Source: Mytilus edulis (lineage: Eukaryota). Taken from it: a stretch of 64,000 bases of DNA. Positions 1 to 11,427 of this stretch are shown piece after piece (position 1 is the first letter of the stretch; every line of letters starts with the position of its first letter). A program made the translations under genes and the position numbers. The DNA is taken from contig NC_092347.1 in the NCBI RefSeq assembly GCF_963676685.1, forward strand, positions 19,282,001 through 19,346,000. Direction: 5' to 3'. A model generated the notes under the pieces. The model made no database searches, had not been told where the DNA came from, and saw nothing but the letters and a program-made list of their open reading frames with translations.

Positions 1-127
1 TCTACTTTTAAACGAATAATATGTTGACAATTTTGATTTTAATATCTAAAAATTAAAGTTGACAATGGATATGGGGAATGTGTCAAAGAGACAACAACCC
101 GACCAAAGGGCAGAAACAGCCTTTTAA

Positions 128-671
128 GGGGGCTCGCGGGTCTAAATCGATTTTTTTTCTAAATAAAGGATTTTGCTATATTTTTCTATAAATGAACTTT
201 ATTTTATACTTAATAGAAAAAATAAAATTACGCTCACAATCTGCCTTCAAAAGAAGCATACATTTTTGAAAAGGTACTTTTTTTTCTGTTAAACTAATAG
301 GAGAAATAGAGGTAATATCGAAATAAAAAAAGAATTAAATTACAGAAATCGCTTAAATTTTACGATAGTTTAGTTTTAAAGTACAGCTTATTTGAAAATA
401 ATAATAATAAAAAAAAATAGGTCACCGATGAGTTAAAAAAGATTTTTCAATTTTGATGCCAAGAATTGCATTTTTGCACCTAAGGGAGATAATTTGGAGC
501 CTTTTCAATTATATATACATTTTAAAAGTCATCTGGGGCCAAAACAAATTGATTTTTTGAATGATTTTTGTACCATATGATAATGTAACAACTAATAAAG
601 TAATAAATAAAATATGTAATGAAAAAAAAATGTTTAATTTTTTCTGAAATTTTCAAAAACCGCGAGCCTCC
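128..671. mobile_element. Non-autonomous TIR element (MITE) with TTAA target duplication, Kolobok/piggyBac-type target
   Basis: TTAA (124-127) GGGGGCTCGCGG ... CCGCGAGCCTCC TTAA (672-675); 11/12 terminal inverted match; no ORF. GG...CC ends fit Kolobok better than piggyBac (CC...GG). Confidence 0.85.
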
Positions 672-1489
672 TTAAATGGAAAAATGCTCGTCGGACCATT
701 GTACGTCTTTGATAACTCTCAGTCAATTTTGATACAGAGGTGAACCATGCTGACGTCCCATATCTGATAATAAGGCGGAATTTTCTAGAAGATCAAAATG
801 ATAAGATCTATTGTGTTATAATAACACCATTATGAATACAGTACAACACACTTCGTACTCGTTGCATACAATAATATACACTGATTGTACACACGAATGC
901 AACACGTTTTTTTCTTGTAATTCACTTTTCCCCTAATCCAAATATAATTTGAAATTCATAAAATTATCACAACGAATAAACATATAATTTTCCTTTGTGC
1001 AACATTCAAAAATGATTTTTAGGGATCATTTGATAAATTACTTTGTTAAGAAATTCAACAAATGCGGTCAATCGCCTTAGCAAAATCATTATAGATCTAG
1101 CTTTAATATATTTATTAATTACTCATGACTGTATTCTGATTGCATAATAATATTAAACCCAATTACAGCTGCCTGCAGGCCAATATGACATAGTGATAAT
1201 AACAAAACCGCCGCTAACAAGGGAAAAAGGGGAAAATCAGACCTTTTTTATTTAGTTTTCCAATTCTTCCGACCAATTCAATTTACTATATATGTGACGC
1301 ATCTAATTCTATACAACTGCAATAGTTTTATAGTAATCGAATTTGAATATAAGTTCGTCCAGTGGATATAACTTAACTACGTGTTAAAGCAATCTTATTA
1401 TCGTACTGATTACGTGAGATAATATGACATCAAGTATGTACTTATAACTTGTCATTGAGTATTTGTGTATCTAAACAATGTTGGTTTTC

Positions 1490-1640
1490 AAAAGAGATGC
1501 GAAAGATACCAAAGATTCAAACTCATCAGTCGAAAACTACCTGACAATGCCAGGACAACAAAAAACCCGAAAAACAACGAAAAGACAAACAACAGTATAC
1601 CTTGTACTGAGCATAACATAGAAAGACCGAGTAACACGAA
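1490..1640 (+). repeat. Fragment of unclassified dispersed repeat (family D)
   Basis: AAAGAGATGCGAAAGATACC...TTCAAACTCAT...CTGACAATGCC similar to 11230-11427, 60140-60400 and, in reverse, 31575-31706. Confidence 0.6.
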
Positions 1641-1973
1641 TGTTGAAGCATTCTTGATTAAGGTATTTCAAACACGCTTCGGGTTCGTTATTCTTTTAAA
1701 AATTGGAATTTTTTCATTCAATTTTTAATGATTTTGAATAGGTTTTGTTTTATTGGCAAATCGGCTTAATAACAACATACTTACATTGAATAGGTTTACC
1801 GTCTAGAATATAATAGGTACGTCTAAAAAAAGTGACAACTCTACGACAGAATCAAGCATTGGATAACCATTGAAGGCGAAACACGACTGAAACACATATT
1901 ATATGCATAATTACTTTAAATATCAGCACATCAATGTTAAATAGGTACATTTGCGGAAGCAATATTTGTTCTT

Positions 1974-2060
1974 CCCTCGACGAGATTTGAACTCATGCTA
2001 ATGGGATATCTAAATAACACCGCCTGCACTTTGTCCTGCGCTCTAGACCACTCGGTCAGC
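1974..2060 (-). mobile_element. Decayed tRNA-derived (Pol III A/B box) SINE-like head
   Basis: Minus strand reads GCTGACCGAGTGGTCTAGAGCG (A-box like) ... GAGTTCAAATCTC (B-box like); no complete cloverleaf evident. Confidence 0.6.
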
Positions 2061-2287
2061 TAAACTGTACTCAAAATTCAGCTTTCGGTGGCCGACTTTT
2101 TACCTTAGTAGAGTATAGAATTCTTACACAGTACATGATGTATAATCCATGAAGATTGATTGGAGATTATCTAAATTATCTATCGAAAAGAATGGTAAGA
2201 TACAGTGTTAATGATAAGTATACGTCTAAACAAGTGGCAACTCTATAACAAACTCATCATAGATACCAGGATTAAAATTTTATATTT

Positions 2288-2331
2288 ACGCCAGACGCGC
2301 GTTTCGTCTACATAAGACTCATCAGTGACGC
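2288..2331 (-). ncRNA. Type I minimal hammerhead ribozyme, intact core
   Basis: Minus strand GCGUCA CUGAUGA GUCU-UAUGU-AGAC GAAA CGCGCG UC^UGGCGU: 6-bp stem I, CUGAUGA, 4-bp stem II, GAAA, short palindromic stem III, GUC cleavage triplet (cut between 2294 and 2293). Confidence 0.9.
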
Positions 2332-2644
2332 TCGAAAAAAAAATGTTTAAAAGGCCAAATAAAGTACGAAGTTGAAGAGCATTGAGGACCAAAATTTGTT
2401 TACCAAATACAGCTAAGGTAATCTATTCCTGAGGAAGAAAAGCCTTAGTTTTTCAAAAATTCAAAGTTTTGTTTACAGTTGATTTATAATTATGAACGTA
2501 TCGATGATAACTCAAGGTTAACACAGAAGTGCTGACTACTAGGCTGGTGATACACTCGGGGAAATAAATCTCCACCAGCAGTGGCATCGACCCAGTTGTT
2601 GCAAATGAACTCACCATAGAAACCAGGATTAAAATTTTATATTT

Positions 2645-2688
2645 ACGCTAGACGCGCGTTTCGTCTACATAAGACACATCGGTTACAC
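2645..2688 (-). ncRNA. Hammerhead ribozyme copy with mutated core (probably inactive)
   Basis: GUGUAA CCGAUGU GUCU-UAUGU-AGAC GAAA CGCGCG UC UAGCGU; CUGAUGA changed to CCGAUGU and stem I weakened. Confidence 0.75.
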
Positions 2689-3009
2689 TCAAATTAAAAA
2701 ATGTTTAAAAGGCCAAATAAAGTACGAAGTTGAAGAGCATTGAGGACCAAAAATTCCTAAAAGTTTTACCAAGTACAGCTAAGGTTATATATTCCTGAGG
2801 AGGAAAAGCCTTAGATTTTCAAAAATTCAAAGTTTTGTTAACAGTTAATTTATAATTATGAACATATCGTTGATAACTCAAGTCAACGCAGAAGTGCTGA
2901 CTACTGGGCTGGTGATACCCTCGGGGAAATAAATCTCCACCAGCAGTGGCATCGACCCAGTTGTTGCAAATAAACTCAATATAGATACCAGGATTCAAAT
3001 TTCATATTT

Positions 3010-3053
3010 ATGCCAGACGCGCGTTTCGTCTACATAAGACTCATCAGTGACGA
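3010..3053 (-). ncRNA. Type I minimal hammerhead ribozyme, intact core, shorter stem I
   Basis: UCGUCA CUGAUGA GUCU-UAUGU-AGAC GAAA CGCGCG UC^UGGCAU; 4-bp stem I; cut between 3016 and 3015. Confidence 0.85.
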
Positions 3054-4741
3054 TTAAATCAAAAAATGTTTAAACATATCCAATTGTATAAACGAAAGCG
3101 ACTAGCAATATACAACATTATGATCTGGTTGACATTTATGAATATTATAGATTTTAATACATTTTGGCTTCAAACACCTTTGGTCACAAGCTTGGACCAG
3201 AGGCACATGTTGTGGGTACAGAATTCCTAAGATTTATAGGTGTTTTTTTCACTTGTCGTCCTCTTTTCTTGTTATGGTATCTGCGAATGTGATTAGTCAT
3301 CAGGCATTTTACTTACCAAGGACAACAAGAGGGGTACCACCTGTAGAGAAAGAACTATGCACCTGAGTTTACTCGATTGGTGTTAGTCCGTTTGTCTTAT
3401 TGTTTCTGTAGCTATGCTGTTTCTTTTTATTTTCATTTTTAAATCAATTATCAAACAAGGGACAAATTTTAACTAAAAAACAGACAAAAAACAATACAAT
3501 TACTGAAAAAAAAATTCCTTAGACAATATATTAAACTAGTTTCAAAACAGGTTATGTTAACTCTGTCGTTGCCATTCATCTTATGCGTATATCTTTGTGT
3601 TATCTTATCAAAGGTTTGAATTAAACAATTAATAAATGATAAAATAGTAAATGAACATCAGACTGTTTTATTCAATTTATTTCTGATGGTTTTTTTTTAT
3701 TTTGTGTTTTGTTTTATTACTTCAGACCATGTTACATTTGTCTTCCTTGAATTAATTATATACATTTACATCTAAAGTGTGCTTAACTCATTTCTTATTG
3801 AAGGTGTTATGCAAATAAAAATGTTTTCACTGTTTTTTCGCTAACTTCTTGTGATGATCAGTTAAGCTTGCAAGTTTATGACATAAAAATTATTATATTA
3901 TACTTTGTTTATATTAATTATTGAATTATATGCAGATAGGTGTCAGACAAGTCGGAAACACTGTGTGAGGACTGTAAATTATTACAATGTTGTGAATACA
4001 TGAAAATAGCCTGTCTAGACGAAACAAATAACAAACTTATCTTTTCAAAGATATTCTCATTTCGGTTTGAAACAAAAAAATTACTTGTGATCGGTATTTT
4101 ATTGTTGTTGTCATTTTTATTGTTTTTTTTTATAGATTATATCGAAAGTAGCATTGATATAATCTGTAAAAAAAAACACCTTATTTGTTGATTGTTTCAG
4201 TTTTATTACATTTTTAACTGTAACACCATTATTTCACCAAAGAGGAAACGTTTTTAGTTCCACCAAATTCTTGATGTGTTTGTTCTATTTCACTGTTAAA
4301 ATGCACTATCTGACTTGATCAGGACATGTAATGCTCATTCAATTTTTTTTTCACTTTTTCTATCATTAGACCTTTTTACATATTTAACTATATGGTATGA
4401 ATGAGTTCAGCACATTGACGAGGGCAACACAGTCTCATGTAGCTGCTAGCATTCTTGTCTATTCGTCTTCGGTGAAGAGTTGTCTCACTAGATTTTCTTA
4501 TGTTTATTGTCTGCGGTCAATGTTATTGGGCTTAACTATGGTTTTTTTTAGGATTGATGTAAACATGTATTAGAGAAACTTTTTTTAAGCAGGAGATTTT
4601 ATTTCATAATGCTGTTTTCCTTTTTGTTATATCTGTATATATTTGGTACCAATAAATGAGTTTTCTGGTTTTTCTATCAGTTCATGTTTTATTGTACATT
4701 TTTCATGGATTTATATTTTGTTTGTTTCTACATATCGTCTT

Positions 4742-4875
4742 AAAAAGTAAAATCACAAAAATACTGAACTCAGAAGAAAATCCAATCGGAAAGTACATAA
4801 TCACATGGCAAAATCAAATGACAAAACACATAAAAAACAAATGGACAAGAACTGTCATATTCCTGACTTGGTACA
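4742..4875 (+). repeat. Unclassified dispersed repeat (family B)
   Basis: AAAAGTAAAATCACAAAAATACTGAACTC...AACTGTCATATTCCTGACTTGGTACA recurs at 51453-51675 (+), 17379-17505 (-), 42380-42582 (-). Confidence 0.8.
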
Positions 4876-6597
4876 TTAGAGAAACAGATTCAACGACCAA
4901 ATTTCGTGCAATACGATATGTTTTAGTTTTAGTTTGTAACTCGGATTTTTTTTTCTCTATACATTTATGAGTTTCGAACAGCGTTATACTACTGTTGCCT
5001 TTTATGTATCTCCTCTCGACAGTTAAATCCTTAATATTTGCATTTGAAAATTTAACTTTGTCGAGTGGATAAATTTTGTATCACGTTGGAAGCATTGGTA
5101 AAATCTATATGTATTGGTATTGTACTGTAATCTTTAGGTGTCAATTAAAGATCAAACATCACGAATTACATGACGTTTAGTAACTATATGTATTTCCTGT
5201 TCCCAATATCTCTTGAAAGGGTTTTCAGGTATTGGTTTTATTTTTTTTTTATTTTTTTAATATATATTTTGTTCCGTTCAGAAGCAGATAACTTACCAGT
5301 CCTTTGGATATTTCAACTATATCGCATGTAAATATTGTGAAGACGTAATCGTAATGTAGATCTTTAAAGTTAAAACATTTGATCCAATTTCCTCATTTTT
5401 GTTTCAGAGTCTCAACGGACACGTAAAATGTTGAGTTTACATATAACATAGATCGAATATATAAGCTTTTATCTATATATGTCTTATGATTCTTTGTTTA
5501 ACATATGTTTTGTGGAATTAGGTTTCACCATCTTTCAATTTGCTGTTTTAAGTATTTAAAAGTACTTTTAAGTACTACAATACTAACACGTGATTAGTTA
5601 CATGTAATTAACTATTCTCTATCTTTTTAGTGGAACTTATAACAAGCAAAAATATAGATTTTAAAAGAATAAAGAAGACTAATGAACTTTTTTATGACAC
5701 AATATATTGTACGTGAAACATTATGTCGTCCCACTCAATAAAACAGTATTATGACCTATCAATTTGTTTATTGATTTATTGATTACCGAAGCCTATTTCA
5801 TTCAACTGTTTCCGTTTTCAAATGTTTTAATGACGCCATTATGAAAATGAGAATAGGCAAAATTCGACGTAGAATAATAATTATAGCAAAAAAAAAAAAA
5901 TATAACGAAATTCTGATTTGTCATATTATGCTTATTTAGTACCCATGAAACAGTTCCAACACGTTTATTATTACAAATGTCACATATGTTTTCTGTTGTC
6001 TATTGTCGTGGTTTCTTTCTGATCTTTATCCATTTGTTAAAGGGCTATACGATACAGTTACAGGGGAGGTAATGACGTTCCTACCATAAAATGAAGGTTG
6101 CAGTGTTGTAATTGACTGCTCCATAGGCTCACATGCACAATAGCTGATCTTTGAAAATAAACAACTTAAAAATGCTACATAGAAAAAAAATCATGTTCAT
6201 ATCATGTATGTAGTAATGTGAAATTGTGATTTAATCGAGAAAAAAAGTGGGTCATGCCACGAAGAAGTCAAAATTTCTTTATTCTACTTTCTGTTTGCTG
6301 TTTTACTAGGCCACAACACTTCCTATAAACATGATATCTTTCCACTTTCCTGGATTGATATCCCAAAATGATGCAAGATTTTTTTCAAATCAGTATATAT
6401 GTTTTAATTCAGCATAAACGTTTAGCACCACAAAAAAAATCAAAACATTAAAAAAAAAAATGAAATATATTCACCCCACGTTTTTATATGCACCAGAAGG
6501 AAACAAGCACCGGAAACTGGAATTGTAAAACAAGACTGGTACCTTAAATTATTTTTCGCAATGTCAAATTACGACGATATATATAGATTAAAGATAA

Positions 6598-7177
6598 AGG
6601 AGTAGGTCCGGTAAGGACCGATTTTGGCCTCAAATTTCAGGTTCATCTGACGAAAGATTTTGACCACTTTTTAAACACTTAAGTGTCTATTTCATTAGAT
6701 TCAATTAGTGTAGGTGAAAGATTTTAACTCATTTAGTCATTCAAAACGATTCGATTCAAGCTCAAATATGAAAAATCTACCAAATATGCCAAAAAAAATC
6801 GTTTTTCAGATGGTTTTTGTCAAAAATGAAAGTGGCCGCATCCGTGTTCATCCTCAACCTTTATATATGTTATGCATTATCAATAAATACAACCTACATT
6901 TCAATATTAAGGATGAACACGAATGCGGCCACTTTCGTTTTACACGGAAATCATCTAAAATTTAACTAAAATGCTAGAATTGTGAAGATTTTAGTAATTT
7001 AGCATGACTTAATGGCGCTAGTACCCGATATATGTGCATTGTATTGTCAAAAACAGCCCACATTTGTGTAGCAGAAGCATTTAACTAGCCAATAAATAAC
7101 TAAAAGTTTACATTTTAACAATTTTGTAAAACTGCTATATTTTGGGGCCAAAAAGGGGTCTTACTGGACCTAATCCT
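6598..7177. mobile_element. MITE with ~37-bp imperfect TIRs and an internal 32-bp inverted repeat
   Basis: AGGAGTAGGTCCGGTAAGGACCGATTTTGGCCTCAAA ... TTTGGGGCCAAAAAGGGGTCTTACTGGACCTAATCCT; flanks ATAA/TTTA (imperfect TTAA-like); internal IR 6823-6854 vs 6910-6941 (30/32). Confidence 0.82.
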
Positions 7178-8255
7178 TTTAGAAAGATTTAAATTTAAAT
7201 CATTATCTTCAAAACGAGGGGAGGGAGTATCGTTTTTTCCCCAAAACAAACATAATTGGACCCTTAATTTGATGGAAAAAAACAATATTGTGTTCAAGAA
7301 GATGACAAAAAAGAATCTGAATCCAGATTTTCCCCATACATTATACTACTGTTGCCTTTATTTAAAGTATTAAATTTCGAAAGAAAATTAATTCGATTGA
7401 TAACTTCGAAAAAACTATATTAAAAAAACCCAACATTTCTACGAATAGAGAAGTGTTCTTTCATCATATATATGCATATTCACCCATGTTAAACCATTCA
7501 AAACTCAATAACCGCATAGCAATTAGTCCTCTAGAGATGAAATTCAATTTTTGTTCATAAAAACAAAACACCTGCGTTCATTGCTTTGTGTGTGACATTG
7601 CTTAACACATTGATTGTTGTTGTTAAATTTCAAATTACGTATGCTTTTTTACGATAGTGTGTGGGGATTTTATGATGTAATTCGTTCGAAATCGCATTTT
7701 CATACAGATTTCAGACTTAATGCATGTATCTTTCTGTAAAATCTTTAACAAATTTAGCTAATGCAATATTTGTGTATTTATTATAAGTTTGCATATATGC
7801 AATTAACTGTCTCTTAAACTGAGATAACCCACAGCTACATATGCCCATATTCTTAATATTTTTGTCGATATATCAGTGCTATTTAAGCGTTTCTTAATCA
7901 TATCGAATGGTAATGAGAAAAGGTTGATCGTGATTATTTCAGTAAATCTTTATCAAATTCATTATATGCTGCATGCGATCAAAACGCGATTTTATCAGGA
8001 GGTTAATATCAAACGTAGATAAAAATTTAAGACGATATAATAGCTTATAACAAGGTATTTTGTAATAAAAGGTGTATGTAACTTCAGTTGCATGCACGTG
8101 CTCAACAGATTCATACACATCACTAAATGAATATGATTAAGCGCCGGACAGCTATATTCTAAATGAACCGTAGTAACTTATGGCATAATGATCTTCTGAA
8201 TAATGACGTATACTCTAATACTACGTTAAAGGATTAATTTATGAAATTGTTTCAG

Positions 8256-8384
8256 ATAGTGGAATTGATTGTTGGAGTTCTGTGGTTATTATCACCTTTG
8301 TCCAATAATATGGCATATTTAGATTGAGGAAGCTTAGTTAGTCAATCACTATCTCACCAAAGAAGTGATTATATTGGTTTTGTA
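8256..8384 (+). other. Candidate 5' UTR part of first coding exon, containing uORF MAYLD* (8310-8327)
   Basis: Preceded by TTGTTTCAG acceptor (ends 8255); uORF stop TGA is in frame with and upstream of ATG 8385. Confidence 0.5.
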
Positions 8385-8427
8385 ATGGGAACCAACTTTC
8401 TTATCTTCCTGTTATATATATCATCCG
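8385..8427 (+). CDS. First coding exon (signal peptide MGTNFLIFLLYISS) of LDLa-repeat protein
   Basis: ATG, hydrophobic stretch, consensus donor CCG|GTAAGT in phase 1; joining to 51186 yields MGTNFLIFLLYISSVLS-QYLNEE, a plausible signal peptide with cleavage site. Confidence 0.65.
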
Positions 8428-9151
8428 GTAAGTTTTTAAAAACATTTCAATTTTTTTGTTCTCATTTTATCTTTCTTTTTCTTTTTCGCAATATTAGGTT
8501 TATTTTTGGTACGTTCCAAATTTAGTTATACATGTTTCAGCTTGAAAATGATAAGCACAATACATTTTGAAAAGAAATTAAATTTGTGAAAATTGCATGT
8601 GTTTAAAGGTTGTAGTTCGGTACCAGGATAACGACACAGAGGTAATCATGGTAATGAAATGATAAAAAAGTTATTCAATTCAAACATACAAACTTGCTGT
8701 AATTTAGATACTCAACAAGTCGTTTGATGCAAATTACCTTAATTTAAAATATATGTTTTTATACGGAAATTATCAGGAAAGATATGCAAAACGTTTTGAT
8801 AGTGATACAAAATAATATGAAATTGGTCTTGGTATTGCAATTATAAGAAAGGGAACATAATGGAATTTTTAAACTTATCAATATAAGAGATACACGTAGA
8901 TGGGCGATTGTTTTATCTATATTTAGAGAATTTTGTCTTGATGATTGATTTAATTCGATCACAACTTTTCTAGACTCAGGGCGATTTTAGAAGTTTTATA
9001 TATATTATCCATATTAAGTCCATTACTAGAGCTCTGCTATTATATATAGACACTTGTGCATTTTTAACGACCATGTGTTTATCGCATTTGGAAGTGTGTG
9101 TACCCCCTATCTTTTTTTTTTTTTTAAACCAAATAAGTTGAAATTATGTGA

Positions 9152-9300
9152 AATAAGTTAATAGTTATCAAAGGTACCAGGCTTATAATTTTAAAAACCA
9201 CACGCGCGTTTCGTCTACATAAGATTCATCAATTACGCTTAGATCGAATAATAAGTTTGAAAGCCAAAACAAGTACAAAGTTGAAGAGCATTGAGGATCA
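9152..9300 (-). mobile_element. Solo decayed retrozyme fragment with mutated hammerhead (~9195-9238)
   Basis: TACCAGG...ACGCGCGTTTCGTCTACATAAGATTCATCAATTACGC...AAGTTGAAGAGCATTGAGGA matches the 2250 unit; core UUGAUGA, GUG triplet. Confidence 0.8.
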
Positions 9301-9372
9301 TTACGATTCATGTATAATCGGGAAAGCTTACAGATTCCGGAGCAGGTATCAAATTATATATAATCGTAAAAG

Positions 9373-9420
9373 AATAATAATAATAATAATAATATAATAA
9401 TAATTATAATAATAATAATA
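9373..9420. repeat. Imperfect (AAT)n microsatellite
   Basis: Directly visible. Confidence 0.9.
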
Positions 9421-10369
9421 CAAAAGTATATAAAGACAGCTGCCCAGAGCCTTCAGTTAGATATGGTTAAGAACAAATATGGGGGATCACAATATCATCT
9501 AACTTGATCAAAGGTTAGTTGGAAACAATTAATGGAGTCAGACAATAAAACCAAATATGCCGACAGTAGAATGAAGGTTTATAGAAAAGTATGAAGGGAG
9601 TGGGTTTATAACATTATTACAATGTGTAAATAAATGAGACGTTTAATAAAACAATTTTTCACAAGTTAATATCTCAGTCGGCTTGACACGAAAAAAAGAA
9701 AATATGTGCGACAGATTGGTTCAGATCAAAAGATCAATTCAATTTCCATCAAACATGATAATACTAATAAATTTGGTTCAATTTAGTATTACTTATTAAT
9801 CTCCTTTCAGAAATCCATTTATTAACGTCAAAATATTAATGAAAAAATATAAGATGTTTCATATGAGTCTACCCTTTATCTATGTAAATTTTGTCCCCAC
9901 AGTATATTTTATCATACGTAGGGTCTCATTTCTGTTGCATTCCTGATAACACTCGTCTATAAGATGAGTTAAGCATACAATCTCATACCTCATTACCTCT
10001 TCGGTAAAAGTAACTAATAAATTAGTTGCTTCAACCACCTTAACGTCCAACAAAACTTGATTCACTTTGTGAACAGATAAGATTATAAGAAACTATTCAA
10101 TCATATCAAAAAAGTAAATTATTTATATATATACAATGTATCATTTATTATACTTGACAAAAGAAAGGATGATTTTGTCTGAAAAATTGATAGCAACTTA
10201 ATTAGGTGTATCTTTATTTGTTGTATCTGCGGTACTTTTCTATCATTGTGTTATAAACCAAAAAATATGAATACTTAACTGGTGTAAAACTCAAATTGAA
10301 TACGTGTATTTTCCTAAAAATCAAAAATATGTGTTTTGATTGCCAATAAAACAACTTTCCACCAAAGTG

Positions 10370-11187
10370 TTACAATTAGAGGTCGGTCATTTAAAAACGT
10401 ATCAACCGTATCGTATAAGTTGACGTATCCGCATCTGCAGATATATCAAAAAATATTATGTAATCCCGAGTTTAAGGCGATTGTTTCTTGTAAAAAAAGA
10501 AAACTAATTGAAATATCTTCGAAACAATCAAAAATTCACTTTCAATATTTGCGGTAGTGGTGTTTTGTAAAAAAGAATTAAGGGGATATTTCAACTAGTT
10601 TTACATGCCATTATAGGGCAGGTACACGAATATCGTACACAATCCTATAATAATCTAGTCAACAAATATTTTAAGATCTTACATGAATAAACACAACAAA
10701 AAAAGTACTACTTATATACATGTAAGGAACTTTGAATATTGTTCATGTGCGATTTTATTATAAAAGGTAATAGAAACACGAGTTGTCTTCAGATGTCATA
10801 TACATCCATTTGAATAAAAACAGTACTGAGTATCAATCTATTTGTCTAATAACAATTTGGTTCTACGTGAGTACAAGTCAGCACACACACTGAAATGATT
10901 TTAACGTATTCACTCCTACCATGCCTGTAAACTGTTCCAACTATCCGGAATATCTTTAAAAGTAGGGTTACATATTCCACATAAACTCGATATTTCTTTA
11001 TTGTTACAGGTGAAAGTGTATGTTGGATTGTTTCGAAGAGATTCCAGTTAGTTTTTTTTTAAATGAAGTATGGTCTTATTAATGAGCTCGAGATCACATA
11101 ATAGTTTTTGATATATCTGCAGATGCGGATACGTCAACGTATACGATACGGTTGATACGTTTGTAAATGTTTGACCTCTAATGGTCA
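10370..11187. mobile_element. ~0.8 kb non-autonomous DNA transposon with ~100-bp TIRs
   Basis: ATTAGAGGTC...AAACGTATCAACCGTATCGTATAAGTTGACGTATCCGCATCTGCAGATATATCAAAAA (10375-10470) is inverted at 11085-11182; exact ends/TSD ambiguous (possibly TA|GAGG...CCTC|TA, 10379-11178). Confidence 0.85.
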
Positions 11188-11229
11188 TATTATGAGCAAA
11201 ACTCATGTTGCATACGACGTATATTAAAC

Positions 11230-11427
11230 AAAAGGAACATTCCAACTCGTAAGTCAAAAAAAAAAGAGACTGCGTAACGGCTAAAAAAGAAAAAAGACAA
11301 ATAGACAAATAAGAGTACACAAAACACAACTTAGAAAACTAAAGACTGAGCAACACAAACCGAAACTAAAAATGGGGATGATCGCAAGTGCTTTGGAATG
11401 ATTAGCATATATGCTCCACATGTGGCA
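11230..11427 (+). repeat. Dispersed repeat family D copy
   Basis: GGCTAAAAAAGAAAAAAGACAAATAGACAAATAAGAGTACAC...TGCTCCACATGTGGCA similar to 60140-60300. Confidence 0.7.

Larger units (their letters stand above)
2250..3075 (-). mobile_element. Tandem array (~2.3 units of 357 and 365 bp) carrying hammerhead ribozymes; non-LTR retrozyme-like
   Basis: Unit starts AACTCA at 2251, 2608, 2973; each contains AGACGCGCGTTTCGTCTACATAAGAC, whose reverse complement is part of a hammerhead core. Confidence 0.88.

Noticed and set aside
6037-6110. TTAA|AGGGCTATACG possible MITE left end
   Set aside because: No matching right TIR found.
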